The notes under the pieces were generated by a model. The model was not told where the DNA came from. It did no database searches and worked only from the letters and a program-made list of their open reading frames with translations. Source: Octopus sinensis (taxonomy: Eukaryota). From it: a stretch of DNA of 64,000 bases. Shown one piece after another: positions 1 through 12,599 of the stretch. Positions within the stretch are counted from its first letter, which is position 1, and every line of letters starts with the position of its first letter. Location: positions 42,160,001 through 42,224,000 of the forward strand of contig NC_043013.1 of assembly GCF_006345805.1 (NCBI RefSeq). The letters run 5' to 3'. A program made the position numbers and the translations under genes.

Positions 1-634
1 TCTTTCATCCTTTCAACTCTGAAGAAATGTATATTCTATTTGTCTGAGTATTGTGCCTTGTTATATGAGGCAAAAGTCTTCTGCGATTGGCTGAAAATAT
101 TCCTACATTATATACAAGAACTTATTGCTTGTATTTGCCTTAATCTTTTATAACAGTTAACTATTCTGCAGTAAATCTGAAGCAGGGGTTCATTATTATA
201 CAGCCTATAATCCCACACATGATTGACTGAAGATTGCAGAAAAAAACAAATTTAAATATATTCCACAAAAAAATTTGGAATCTCTCTAAGACAGGGGATT
301 TTTTTCTTTTGTTTTTTTTTACTCTCTTTTTGTTTTCTTTTTTACTTTGATCTATTTTCCTTAATTCTGTGAGTGACAGTTTTAGATTATAATCAGGAAG
401 TTAGTCTATGCTTCCAGTGGGGGACAGAGATTAAAGCAGCAGAAATTTTCTGCTTGCTTTGCTTCTGTTGAAGATAGTTCCACCTGACAAATCTCATTAG
501 GTGAGATATATTAATGTATATTAATGGTATTTAGATAACGATCTTATCCTATTGGAGACTTTTGATGTTATTAAATAGCTTGGCAACATTAAGTTGGTCG
601 ATTTTTACATTTTCACACATTGAAGAATGCTGCA

Positions 635-665
<31 letters not shown>

Positions 666-1682
666 TCAAACACACATACTGCTGAACATGCACACATACA
701 TGCACACACACAAAATTTTGCTAAACACATGCCCAAACACTGCACACATGCATACACATACTGCATATATATTCCAAACCTGAGTGCCAGATAGGCAAAC
801 TTCCATCAACTCACTACTCCACAATCTCCATTTCCCCTCCACGACTCCTTCCTCTCTGCTAAGCTATTCCTGTTCTTTCTTTCTTTCTTTCTCTCTCTTC
901 CCATTTTCTCTACTACCTCCGTCTTCTGCTCTTGCACTCTTAAAACCCACCACAAATTCCATGTTGAATTATGTGCTCTCTGTCAATCACTATTACTACA
1001 ACAATGGCCTCTTGTTTTGCTCCAAAACTTACTCTGTCACCTCTCTCTCTCTCATTATTACACTCTCCTCACATATGTTTCCCCTTCCAATCAATATCCC
1101 CTAATAATCATCCTCTCTCTAACATCTCTCTACTCCAACAGCCTCCTATTATCTCCACACCAAAACCAGTACAGCTTAAATATAGCTATAGGTATGTAAT
1201 TTAAAGGAGATTGGGCTCCTACTTCTAGCAGTTTGAGTAGGAGATTTGGCTACTATTTCTGGCAGTTTGTGTGATAGCTCATGGGCTCCAACATTGATTA
1301 CCATATCAAGACTCTCCGTTACACTCTTTTTCACAGCTGTGGCAGTGATGGGCACCTCCTGCAGCAGGTGTTACAATATTGTTTTGGTGACCCTTCATAT
1401 GATATTTTAGCCTGCCTCCTGCTACATATTCTTTCTCTCACTCCCTGCTGTATTAAGCATAGTTAACTACTCTGTGTACACACATGCATATGCTTATACA
1501 CACACACATATGCATAGTGCAAATTAAGATAAATACCACTTTAAATATTTAGTTCCGATATGCACTTCACCACTGCAGTTAACTCAACATCAGATGTTCC
1601 AGGTGCATTTGGATGCCTAACTGCAATAAAACATCAGAGGATGATGATTGACTTCTACACACAAATACACATTCATACATAC

Positions 1683-1722
<40 letters not shown>

Positions 1723-1737
1723 GGGACACAAAACTCT

Positions 1738-2250
1738 ACTTGTGAAGACCTGTTGAGGCAAGTGAGAATCAGAATCGAAATCGATCAATGGAAATTGCAG
1801 CTGAGTTACCAGTGCCGGTGGCACGTAAGAGAACCATCCGAATGTGGCCGTTGCCAGCACTGCCCCGAAAGGCCTCGTGCCGGTGGCACATAAAAAACAC
1901 CATCCGTTTGTGGCCGTTGCCAGCACCGCCCCGACTGGCCTCGTGCCGGTGGCACATATAAAAGCACCATCCATTCGTGGCCGTTGCCAGCCTCACCTGG
2001 CCCCTTGCTGGTGGCACATAAAAAGCACCATCCGATTGTGGCCGTTTGCCAGACTCGTCTGGCACCTGTGCTGGTGGCATGTAAAAAGCACCCACTACAC
2101 TCATGGAGTGGTTGGTATTAGGAAGGGCATCCAGCCGTAGAAACATTGCCAGATCAAGCTGGGCCTGGTGCAGCCTTCTGGCTTCCCAGACCCCAGTTGA
2201 ACCGTCCAACCCATGCTAGCATGGAAAGCAGACGCTAAACGGTGATGATG

Positions 2251-2252
<2 letters not shown>
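1738..2252 (+). mobile_element. RTE-LINE 3' tail / partner-SINE copy (family B) with about five internal ~55-60 bp tandem units and a (GAT)n tail
   Basis: Repeated unit gtgccggtggcac..aaaagcaccatccg..gtggccgttgccag at ~1812-2075, then gtggttggtattaggaagggcatccagccgtagaaac...ccaacccatgctagcatggaaagcagacgctaaacggtgatgatgat. The same body recurs at 13470-13722, 43335-43527, 49010-49258 and in minus orientation at 3885-4090, 28085-28240, 53200-53400. Confidence 0.8.
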
Positions 2253-2281
<29 letters not shown>

Positions 2282-2284
2282 TAT

Positions 2285-2458
2285 ACTATGACCCAGCATT
2301 GCTGGGTCATAGTGCTAGTGCATGCATATACAGCTGCGTGCGTGTGCAGGAAAAACTTTAAATCGAAGGCTTACAACAGTATATACACATACTAAACCAT
2401 CAATATACATATCAATATAAGTATACATCAATATAAGTATGCGTATATACTGTTGTAA
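2285..2458. repeat. Two adjacent hairpins, probably the terminus of a Helitron/Helentron-like non-autonomous element
   Basis: Perfect 13-bp stem actatgacccagc-att-gctgggtcatagt (2285-2313) and a 22/23-bp stem ttacaacagtatatacacatact (2371-2393) / agtatgcgtatatactgttgtaa (2436-2458). The hairpins are seen directly; the family assignment is inference. Confidence 0.45.
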
Positions 2459-3286
2459 AATATTTTAATTTTTAATGTATTAATTGTATTAATCGAATTA
2501 TATTTCATATATAATTAATGACAATATGTATTTTGAATCCGCTCTTCGATTAAAGGTTTTTCCTCGATTTTTATAATAGGATGAATTTATATTGAATTCA
2601 TTTATTTTGTGTATTTTGTTTATCGCATGCTTAAGCCCGTTATTTGAAAGGACCAATGAAACAAATTTATTTTTAAAGGTGTATCCTTTAACTAGTTTTG
2701 ATCATATTGTTATTGCTGTTCTAATTTAACAAAATTGTCCAACGAACAGGAACGTGAGACTCTGAGTAACAGCTTTTGTTATATTTGTGCTGCTTTTAAA
2801 TAAAGCATATTACTCTACCTCTGGTATTTGAGTACTCTTTTTTTTTCCACCTTGTTTTACATTTATGTGCTTACTCCGGTATATATATATATATGATTAA
2901 ATCAGGCAGCTAGTTAGCAGAGTTTCATCAAAAAGGAAAACAATAATTGTCGTTAAATATGACTGAAGATGTTAGAATACCTGCACTGCTAGAAATAAGA
3001 GCTAAATGGCTCTGTTGCTGCTGTCAACACACATATAAATGTATACATACATGTTAGCAGTGACCGTAAATGGCCAGAAAGTGATGATCATGATGTCCCT
3101 TTATTCTATGGTTTCAGCTTTAGACCCCAAAGGGAACTGGAGCAACATGAAATGAAGTGTCTTGCTCAAGAACAGAATGCATTGCCTGGTCCAGGAATCA
3201 AACTCACAACCTTATGACTATGAGTGTAACGCCCAAAACATTAAATTATACCCCTCCATACACACAAACACACACATATATATATA

Positions 3287-3773
3287 GGATAAGCAAGTTA
3301 GGCAAGTTGATATACAAAAAATATTAAATACATTGAATACAAAAAAAGTACATATGTATACATATAAAAAGGTCCAACTTACACAGGATAGAAATGATAA
3401 AGGGGTTGAAGAAGAGTTTTGTATGTTCAGCAACTGTTTCTGGGGGCTTTTACATTTGAGGTGTTGGTAGAAAGGAGATTAAAGATGGATTCCATCTTTA
3501 ATCTCCTTTCTGTCAACCTCAAATCTAAAATTCTTCCCTGAAGATGGAAGCTGGTATCATCCAATGATGGATTCAATTTGCAATCATTATTTTGGACCAC
3601 CAAGCCCCCAGAAACAATTGTTGGACTTGTAAAACTCTTATGCAACCTCTTTAATTTCTGATGTCATTTCTGTTGTGTAAGTCAGACCCTTTTATATGTA
3701 AACATATGGACATTTTTTTGTATTAAATGTATTTAATATGTTTTCCATATAAACTTGCCTAACTTGCTTATCC
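3287..3773. mobile_element. Fold-back (MITE-like) element with ~165-bp inverted arms and a nested perfect hairpin
   Basis: ggataagcaagttaggcaagtt (3287-3308) is the exact reverse complement of 3752-3773; gtttctgggggctt (3436-3449) pairs with 3602-3615; inner 20-bp perfect stem 3470-3489/3491-3510. Confidence 0.8.
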
Positions 3774-5042
3774 TTACATTTACTCCTATACTTGCTCATG
3801 TTTAAATCTCTTGAGCACTACAAGTGTATTTTATATGTCTCTCATCTATAAACTATATATATATATATCAATCAGTCAATCACTCAATGTCTGTTTTGCA
3901 TGCTAGCATGGGCTGGATGGTTTCATAAGAGCTGACAAGCCAGAGGAGTGTGTCAAGTTCTGTTGCCTATTTCAGCCTGGTTTCTAAGGCTGGATGCTCT
4001 TCCTGACATCAACCTCTTTACAGAATGTACTGGGACTTTTTTTCATGGCTCCAGCACTGCTGGGGTCACCAAGTAACTTGCAAGACAAAGACATCTCAAC
4101 TGGGAGGAGGGGGAGGAGGATTGAATGAGGTGGTTTTGTGCCTGTTGATAAGAGGTTAAAAGACTTACTGAAGGATAGAGATCAATGTCCTAAATGAATG
4201 AGAGACAAGCATTCAACATATGTTGAACAGGATATGGGTTTATTATAATTTAAACTGAAACCAAGAGTTTGTGTCATGACTTGAGTTTCATGCCAGAAGA
4301 TCACTATCACTGTGGTGTGAAATTCGAGTCATGAGAGAAACTCTGAGTTTCAGTTTCAATTAAAAAATACACACACGCATGCACACACACAAACACACAC
4401 ACACATATGCACGTACTTATATGTATTTGTGTGCATATATGTATGTGTATACACATACATATCACAGTATCAACCGGACTTATTAAATGTCATTACAAAT
4501 CGCTGATCACAATGCACTTTGCATTGTTTTAGCTTTCCAATGGTGCTACACCACTAGCTAGGCAAACAGGCCAGCATTATCCCTGATTGAAAGGCTACCC
4601 AATCACAGGTTTACCCTTTACAGCTGAGCAGATTGGAGCAACATGAAATGTTTTGCTCAAAAACACAACATACCACCCAGTCCAGGAATTGAACCCATGG
4701 TCTAGCAATCATCATCATCATCATTTAGCATCTGTTTTCCATGCTAGCATGGGTTGTGAGTGTAATATCCTAACACTAGGCCATGTACTTTCACTTATAC
4801 ATACATATATATTTCACAATTAGCATGGATTTGATTCATCCGCAAAATAGCTTCTCCCTATAACTTTATCCTCAAATTCGTTTTCCCTGTCATACACTTC
4901 CCAATTTAGCCAATCCTATTTCCAGTCCTTTATGTTCAATGCTAGTGACAGTGTTCTTTCTCAGGTGTTTCTTGTAGTCTTTGATTGATTTTCCCACCAC
5001 TCACCCTCTTGCCTTCTCCTGTCACATCTCCTCAACGCTCAC

Positions 5043-5117
5043 CTATCTTCTCCAACAAATTGCACAAGTGCGGAATATAGTTGCATCCATTATAACACAC
5101 TCTTTGTTGACCTTTCG
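5043..5117 (-). other. Candidate internal exon (75 nt); one frame open: KGQQRVCYNGCNYIPHLCNLLEKI
   Basis: Minus-strand acceptor gtatatttttctacag| and donor tag|gtgagc; length is a multiple of 3; the phase 1-1 frame has no stop. Product not recognised. Confidence 0.45.
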
Positions 5118-6089
5118 CTGTAGAAAAATATACTTTAAAAGCAACAGACTTTAAGTCAGGAGTGGATAGAAACCTGAAGTGAAGGAGAATAAAAATAAAA
5201 AATAAAAGAAAGGAATAACATAAAAATATTTAATCAAAATCGAAGGAATTAACTTCGGAGATGAATTCACTTCTGAAATGACAATAGATATTATTACAAG
5301 AGCCAATTTCCAGTTTAAGATAGAAAAGAGCAACAAGTCCACTCTCAGAAATGTTGCTCTTTTTTTCTCTCCGAAATTACTGTTTATAATGTTCTATATA
5401 AATTATGTGTTTAAATTGAAACATATTAGAAAATAGCAATTAGTAAAATAGATAACACAAAAGATGGCAAATACATTTGTGTCCAAAAGTGGAATAAGTT
5501 TAATTAATACTATGGTTTCTTCATCATCATCATTGTCATCATCATCACCATCATCATTTTAATTCCCACTTTTCCATGCTTGTATGAGACTGGCAGAGTT
5601 TATTGAAGCAGATTTTCTACAGCCAGATGCCCTTCCTGTCGCCAGCTTCAGCCTGTTTCTAAGCAAGATGATATTTTGCCATGGCCAGACATGTTTTTAC
5701 GGAATATTGGAAATGAATGACATTTGTTTACAATTATCAGGCAATGAGGACAAAGTATCACAAACATCTACACACACACACAGAGGCATCTATCAGATCC
5801 GCTCACAATGTTTTGGTCAGCTCAAGGCTTTAGTAGACAGGTGCCACAGTGTGGCACCTGACCAAGGTGTCACACTGTGGAACAGAGCCCAAGATCATTT
5901 GGTCAAATTTCTTAGCCATACCACAATGCCTGCACCTATTTATGTAAGTTCATGTAAGAAAATATTTGCTGGTAAATGATGCTGGATTTGATGTGATTGC
6001 TGTTCTATTCGTTTTTTTTGTACCATCTCAGCTCTGATGAAGTAAAAACATTCAGGAAGTTATCATTTGATTATTTGTTTGTTTATTTA

Positions 6090-6530
6090 TTTTTCTAGTA
6101 TAGTGTATCCAGTAGTGCATTATCCAATGTGTCCCTAAAATAGTAGGGTGTGTGACATGTGGGAAACTTGGCTGCTGTTTCTAACAGGTTGTTTGATCAT
6201 GTATAGCAATGATTCTCTGACAAATCATGTTTTGTGGTATCATGGCCCATTCAAAGAATGAGTTGTTGACTGACATACATCCAGGCAGGGATGGCTCGTC
6301 TGGTATCTCTTAAAGAAATTTGTCTAGGGATTGTTTGAAGATAATAGGGTCTTTTCCTTCTATGATTTGTTTTGCAATAATGTTAAACAGAGCAGAGCCT
6401 GTTGGGGAAAGATAATTGTGTTGCAATTTGGTTGTGTTGTGAGCTTGAATTGTGTAGGGGGTGTATGGCATAGGGTCCCAGCCTTGCATAAGTTCTGACT
6501 TTGATGTTAAGGTTGTTTGGGCAATGCTGA
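6090..6530 (-). mobile_element. CR1/L2-group LINE 3' end (ORF2 C-terminus plus 3' UTR), decayed
   Basis: Minus translation ...GSALFNIIAKQIIEGKDPIIFKQSLDKFL*EIPDEPSLPGCMSVNNSFFEW resembles the 'LfN.LP...FK..LDKFL..IPD.P...NS' terminus of CR1-like ORF2. The UTR motif ttggctgctatttctagcagg recurs at ~1255, 11770-12410, 14600, 18550, 37390 and 49490. Confidence 0.65.
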
Positions 6531-7115
6531 TGGTATATTCTTCACGTTGTGTGCAAATGATGTGGTGGTGGTGGTGGTGGTGGTGGTGGTGGCAGTGCCG
6601 GTAGCAGCAGCAACAGTGGTGATGAGAATAAAGTTTCAATGTTATAAAAGCAGTCTCAATAATCAAGATTAGTGATGCCATTTTATTTCCTAGTGATTGC
6701 CCTCTGGGCTGTCTGAACTCTTATAATGTTTTGTTTGGCATAGGGAAACCATAGGAAACACAGGGAGCAGCAATATTTTAGGTGTGGCTGTATACTAACG
6801 AAGAGAAAAAGAGGATGATGACTTTTGGCTCGCTGGACTGAAAAAGTTCTGTCTTTTGAGAAGCCTCTTAAAAGACAGGGTGGGCACAGCTGGAATACTT
6901 TTGATCGTAGGACTTCTCAGTCAGGTTTGTCCTGTGGCTAAATAACAGCTGCAGCAGCAACAACATCAACAACCAAATTCCTTTAGCTCTTAGGCACCAC
7001 AATATTAGGCACCACAGAAGTTGTGTTTAGAGGTTTCTTGCTTCCACTGTTATCCAATCAGCTCTCTCTCTCTCTCTTTTTCTTTTGTTTTTCTTTAGTT
7101 TTAGGGGACACTCAC

Positions 7116-7176
7116 ATTAACACAGTGTAAAAATTACTTTCATTTATTTCAAGCTTTGCTGTTTCATCATTTTGTT
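7116..7176 (-). other. Candidate 61-nt exon (weaker)
   Basis: Acceptor ttctgttgtag|, donor aat|gtgagt; one open frame QNDETAKLEINESNFYTVL. Could be a pseudo-exon. Confidence 0.25.
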
Positions 7177-7765
7177 CTACAACAGAATTTTGTGTGGGAG
7201 TATTGGGTCAGGGTGGGGATGGGGGTGGGGGGGATAGAATGAAATGATGAAAATTAGAGAGTAATCCTCAATGAAAAAAAAACAACAAAATACCCACCCC
7301 CACTTTTTAATTTTTTTTTATTTTAATTTTTTTTGCTATGAAGTATTATGCAAATGTAACGAACATGCAATGTTGACGTAGGAACTGCATTAGTAAAAGC
7401 ATGGTAGTCAGGATCTGTACAATAGTACATCACTTAGAGCAAGATGAAGATGAGGAGGAGAAAGTGTCGGGGAAGGAAATTGTAAAAAGGAAAACGCTAT
7501 TATAAAACAACAAAGGATAGGAAAAGTTTGTATTCTGGAAATATTATTCACCTATTCAACATCTGTGCTGTATTACAGCTTATTTGCTTTGACGACAAAA
7601 CAACACAGGTAATAGCAGAAACGACAGCAGCACAGTGGGCATAAACAGAGAAAGGCGTAGAAAAAAAAATGGTATTGCCCCACAACCAGTGCCACCACCA
7701 CCATCATTGAAACAATGTTATGCTAAAATCAAACCAAATGTAATAATGATGACGATGAGATGAGG

Positions 7766-7812
<47 letters not shown>

Positions 7813-7904
7813 AGTAACGATGATGATGATGATGATGATGATGATAAAATGTTAGTAGTTAGTCTTGCAAAAAGGATAACACATCAATATCTAATAATGA
7901 AATA

Positions 7905-8015
7905 ATATATATGTGTGAATAAGTGTACGTACATATGTATGTATGTATGTATGTATGCATGTGCACATATGTATGTATATGTATATATATGTGTCTATAT
8001 GTATATGTATGTATC

Positions 8016-8074
<59 letters not shown>

Positions 8075-8500
8075 ATAATAGATTTCACTCTTTATACTGA
8101 ATATAGTGGAAGGTGGATGTGTGTGTATATGTATATATATATACATATATATATATGTACGTATGTATGTTTGTTTGCATATGTATATGTATATGTGTAT
8201 GTATATATATATGTATGTATGTATATTCATATATGTGTGTAAGTGCATGTGTGAATGTGCATGTGTGTATATGTATGTGTATTCATGTGTGTATGTAAGT
8301 GCATGTGTGAGTGTGTATATATGTATGTGTATTCATGTGTGTAAGTGCATGTGTGAGTGTATATATATATATATGTATGTATATTCATATGTGTGTAAGC
8401 GCATGTGTGAATGTGAGTGTGTGTATATGTATGTGTATTCATGTGTGTGTGTAAGTGCATGTGTGAATGTGAGTGTGTGCGTATATGTATGTATATATAT
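7905..8500. repeat. Compound (TA)n/(TG)n/(TATG)n microsatellite with higher-order ~40-50 bp units
   Basis: Recurrent gtgtaagtgcatgtgtga...tatatgtatgtgtattcat units at ~8235-8480. Confidence 0.9.
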
Positions 8501-9574
8501 GCATACATATGTAATGGTGTTTTGCTACGTTACGTGTGAATATGTGGAATATGGAAATAAAAATATGGACAGATTGAATAAGCTTGTGCGTAAACCAAGC
8601 AGAACAATAAAAACGAGGCTGAAAGTAAACTTTATGTGATCCAAATGGAAAGAAAAAAAAACAAAAACAAAAACACACCCCCCTGGTTATGAATACGGCG
8701 ATGTGTTTTCAACTGGCAATAATACATCATGCTTCTTCTGAGCTGTGGTGCTGTCTGGTGCAGTTACAATAACATTGCATGTTTATGAGCCAATGAAAGC
8801 AGGCTCACGGTTGTCACTGGACCTGATAGAAATAGCAGCTAAATCTGCCTCAAGTCTTATACCTCCTGTATTAAATAAAATGAAACAGCACACTAAACAG
8901 TCGGTCATGGTTGTAATCATCTTTGTCATCATCATCATCATCATCATCATTTTTGATGTCCACTTTTACATGCTTGCATGGATCTGATGGTATTTGTTGA
9001 AGTGCATGGCTTTGTGGTTAGGGTGTGGGACTCATGATCGTAAGTTTGTGGTTTCAATTCCTGGATTTGGCAATGTGTTGTGTTCTTAAGCAAAGCACTT
9101 TATTTCACGTCCACTCCAGCCCACTCAGCTGGTAAAAAGGATTTAGGGAGGAGAACCCAGGAGTAATGTGGACTAACCAGCATTTTCTAAAGTGGGGTCC
9201 CGTTTTTGTCCCCAACCCTTGCCTGTTTCCAGGCAAGCTAATTTTCCCCCAACATGTTTGTCGTAGGCAACTGGAAACAAATAAACAACTTTGTATAGTG
9301 ATGATGATGATGCACTTTGACAACCATCACTGATGTCTACACACACTCAAGCACACATACACGCATGCACACTCACACACACACACACACATTGTGTGGC
9401 TGTGTGGTAAGAAGCTTGCTTCCAACCACATGATTCAGGGTTCAGTCCCACTGCATAGCACCTTGGGCGAGTGTCTTCTACTATAAATTTGGGCCGATCA
9501 AAGCATCGTGAGTTAATTTGGATGGCAGAAACTGAAAAAAGTCTGTCGTATTTATATAAGTATATATATAGATA

Positions 9575-9754
9575 GATAGATATAGATAAGGAAATAATTT
9601 TATTCTCAAACACAGGATAATGCTGATAAAATAGCATGGACAGGATAAACTATCCATATTTTGCAGAAAAATCTGTCAGCAGCCAGCCATGAGACTCAGA
9701 CTCACATCCTTGTGATTACGTATCAAGTGCTTTACCATTAAGCTAAACTGCCCC
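9575..9754 (-). mobile_element. tRNA-derived SINE with a Thr(CGT)-like head
   Basis: Minus strand ggggcagtttagcttaatggtaaagcacttgatacgtaatcacaaggatgtgagt... carries an A box, an anticodon-arm remnant and a decayed B box. A second, head-truncated copy lies at ~9885-10040. Confidence 0.55.
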
Positions 9755-9817
9755 AACAACAAATTCTTCTGTAAATTTAGGATATATAAATCTAGCTTTA
9801 TAAGATGCTATCATGTG

Positions 9818-10161
9818 TTAAATTCAACTTAAGTTGAAAGTCAAGAAATAAAGTTTGCTTTCGAAGCATTGAGATACATTAAAAGATAGAGATAAAGAAA
9901 TAATTTTATTCTCAAATGCAGGCTAATGCTAATGATATAGCCTAAACAGGATAACCTATCCATATTTTGCAGAAAAGTCTTTCGGCGGCTAGCCATGAGA
10001 CTTGAACTCACATCCCTGTGATTACGCATCAAGTGCTTTATGCTATATTATTAGCTTTATCTTGCATTTGAGAATATAATTATTTCCTTGTCTGTATCTT
10101 TTAATACATCTTGACGCTTCTGAAGCAAACTTTGTTGACTTTGAACATAAGTTGAATTTAA
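9818..10161. repeat. Fold-back: ~120-bp inverted arms around a tRNA-SINE-derived spacer
   Basis: Segment 9818-9940 (ttaaattcaacttaagttgaaagtcaag...tttattctcaaatgcaggctaatgctaatgatatag) aligns to the reverse complement of 10043-10161. Confidence 0.75.
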
Positions 10162-10713
10162 TATATATGTATGTGTGTGTCTCTGTGCTTGTGTTTGTCC
10201 TCCCATCACCGCTTGACGACCGGTGTTGGTTTGTTTATGTCCCCGTAACTTAGCATTCCAGCAAAAGAGAGCAATAGAATAAGCACTCGGCTTTAAAAAA
10301 ATAAACCCTGGGGTTGATTTGTCCAACTAAGACCCTTCAAGGCAGTGCTCCAGCATGGCCGCAGTCAGATGACTGAAACAAATAAAAGAATAAAAGAATT
10401 CACACATAACCATCATCATCCTCAACATCATCATCATCAGTCTAACTTCAACTTCCCCATGCTTGCATGAGTAATACGGAATTTTGTTGAGGCAGATTTT
10501 TCTACAGCCAGGTGCCCTCCCTGTTGCCAACCCTCGCTTGTCTCCAAGCTAAGCAATATTTTCCCCCCATGGCCAGAGTATTAGAAACAAAGAACACTGC
10601 TTGCATGCTGATAACACTCATTTCACAATTACCATTCGAATGTCATTCGGCATATTTCAACAAGACAAAGCGAAGACATGTGACTGACCAATCAACTTGC
10701 AATTAAGGAAAAT

Positions 10714-10714
<1 letters not shown>

Positions 10715-10755
<41 letters not shown>

Positions 10756-11214
10756 TCACTCTCTCACATACACTTTCTCATGTATACATACTCATAGACA
10801 CTCTCACTTCCTCTTTCTATCATACTCAGACATACACATGTATTCTCCCTCCAACACATACACATTCTCCTCCTAACTTTCTCACTGTCATCTATACACA
10901 CACACTCTCTCTCTCTTTCGCTTTCTCATACACACACATACACTCTCTCTGTATTTATCTATCTCATACATACATATACTCACTCTCTTTCTATCTCATA
11001 CACACACTCTCTCTCTCTCTTTCTCTCTCATACACTAACTCTTTCTATCTATCTCATACACATATACATTCTCTCTCTCTCTTTCACACACACACACACA
11101 TGCATACATGCACTAATACACTTCCTCACACACACTAATACACAGGCTCCTCTCCCCCCCCCCCGTCTCTACTCACTAATATATAGGCTCCTCTCTTACA
11201 CACACATATACACA

Positions 11215-11252
<38 letters not shown>

Positions 11253-11270
11253 CACTATGTCTCTCTTACA
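10715..11270. repeat. (CT)n/(CA)n compound microsatellite
   Basis: Long runs of ctctct and cacaca. Confidence 0.9.
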
Positions 11271-11639
11271 TATTTAATGGACATGTATGAATTGAAAGCT
11301 AAATGTTCAGCAAAAAATGTTTTTCTTTGCAATTCCCCTCTCCCCTCATCACAGCTACTACTACTCCCCAAACCTACAACCCCACACACACGTCTCACCA
11401 CCACCCTCTTCATCTTAGTTTCTTAAGTTAACATTAATACTAGAAGCAACCTTGGCCAAGATAAACCACTGTCTGCTTCTATTTCCTCATTTTCTCCACC
11501 GAGAACGGAACTGCTATGTAAAAGACTGAATTAAAGAATAGGGGATTTTTTTGTTTTTTTTTTGGTGTTGTTATCATCATCATCATCATCATCAATATTG
11601 TTGATGTTGTTATTGTGTAAGCTCTATGTCAGCTCTGCT

Positions 11640-12520
11640 CAAACAGACAATGCAAAATATATTCCGGTTATGAACTTCAGGGCCGTTTTTGAGACACAAT
11701 ATGCAGGACCACTTCATCCAATATGTCCTTCTTTTCTCAGACACTAAGGATATAATTTCAGGGAGAATTTTGGTTGCTATTTCTAGTAGATAGAGCAACA
11801 ACATAGAGCCCTCTACATCATCAGTATATTGTTGTTGTGTAACTCAAGATCAGCCCTGAATGTTCAGACCCTATAGTCGAAAGTATGTTTCAACCATAAG
11901 CATCATAGCCCTTTTATAGGCCCCGTGCCAGAATAATCATTCAATACATACTTCTTTATTAAAATACTAAGTGTGTAATTTCAGGGAAATTTTGGTTGCT
12001 ATTTCTAGCAGAGCAATAGCATAAAACCCTCTACTTCATCTTTACATTGTTGTCATGTGACCAAAGGTTAGCCCTCCTGAATGTGCAGACCCTAACTAGT
12101 CAAAAATACGTAGCCATAAACATCTTACCTATTTTGGGGTCCTGTTTAGGTATGACCACATCATCCAATCTGTCCTTCTTTTTTAAGATACCAATGCTAT
12201 GATTTCAGGGGTATTTAGTTGCTATATCTAGCAGATAGAGCAACAACATAGAACCTCTACATCATCAGAACGTTATTGTTGTCATTGTTGTGGAACCTAA
12301 GATCAACCCCAAGCCCTTTGTGGGTATGACCACAGCATCCAATATATCCTTCTTTTGAAAGATACTGATGGTGTAATTTTAAAGGCATTCTGCTGCTATT
12401 TCAGGCGAGTCCAACAATCTCATAGCAAGTACCCCTACACTCACTGCCACCTCATCCACATGTTGTTGTGTAGCCCACAGTCAGTCCTTATCTTGTGACC
12501 CCCCTATAATCAAAAGCATA
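11640..12520 (-). repeat. About four degenerate head-to-tail copies (~200-240 bp) of a LINE 3'-UTR-like unit
   Basis: aatatgtccttctttt...taatttcaggg..tttggttgctatttctag...acatagagccctctac recurs near 11720, 11950, 12170 and 12345. Confidence 0.6.
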
Positions 12521-12599
12521 AAAGAGGTCACAGGTAGCTAGTGCGCACACAAACACACACACACACACACACACATGCATACACACAGATATAGGACCA

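Noticed and set aside
122-131. ttattgcttg matching the 5' end of miR-137
   Set aside because: Only 10 nt match and there is no hairpin partner.
7891-8639. Long ORFs such as 8106-8639 (177 aa) and the many [12 protein letters not shown] ORFs throughout (23617-25512, 32149-33039, 41058-41519, 49930-51329, 57564-58682)
   Set aside because: They are translations of (TA)n, (CA)n and (TG)n runs, which lack stop codons in several frames.
8693-8822. Apparent minus-strand acceptor gctatttctatcag at 8823
   Set aside because: The acceptor is part of the recurrent LINE-UTR motif ttggctgctatttctagcagg, all frames close, and no donor follows.
9690-9754. tRNA-Thr-like sequence, and other A/B-box heads of families A, C and D
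   Set aside because: There is no complete cloverleaf (the acceptor and T stems are broken) and each runs into a SINE body. These are SINE heads, not tRNA genes.
11410-11515. Minus-strand acceptor tcttttacatag followed by SSVLGGENEEIEADSGLSWPR
   Set aside because: There is no convincing donor before stops appear in all frames.
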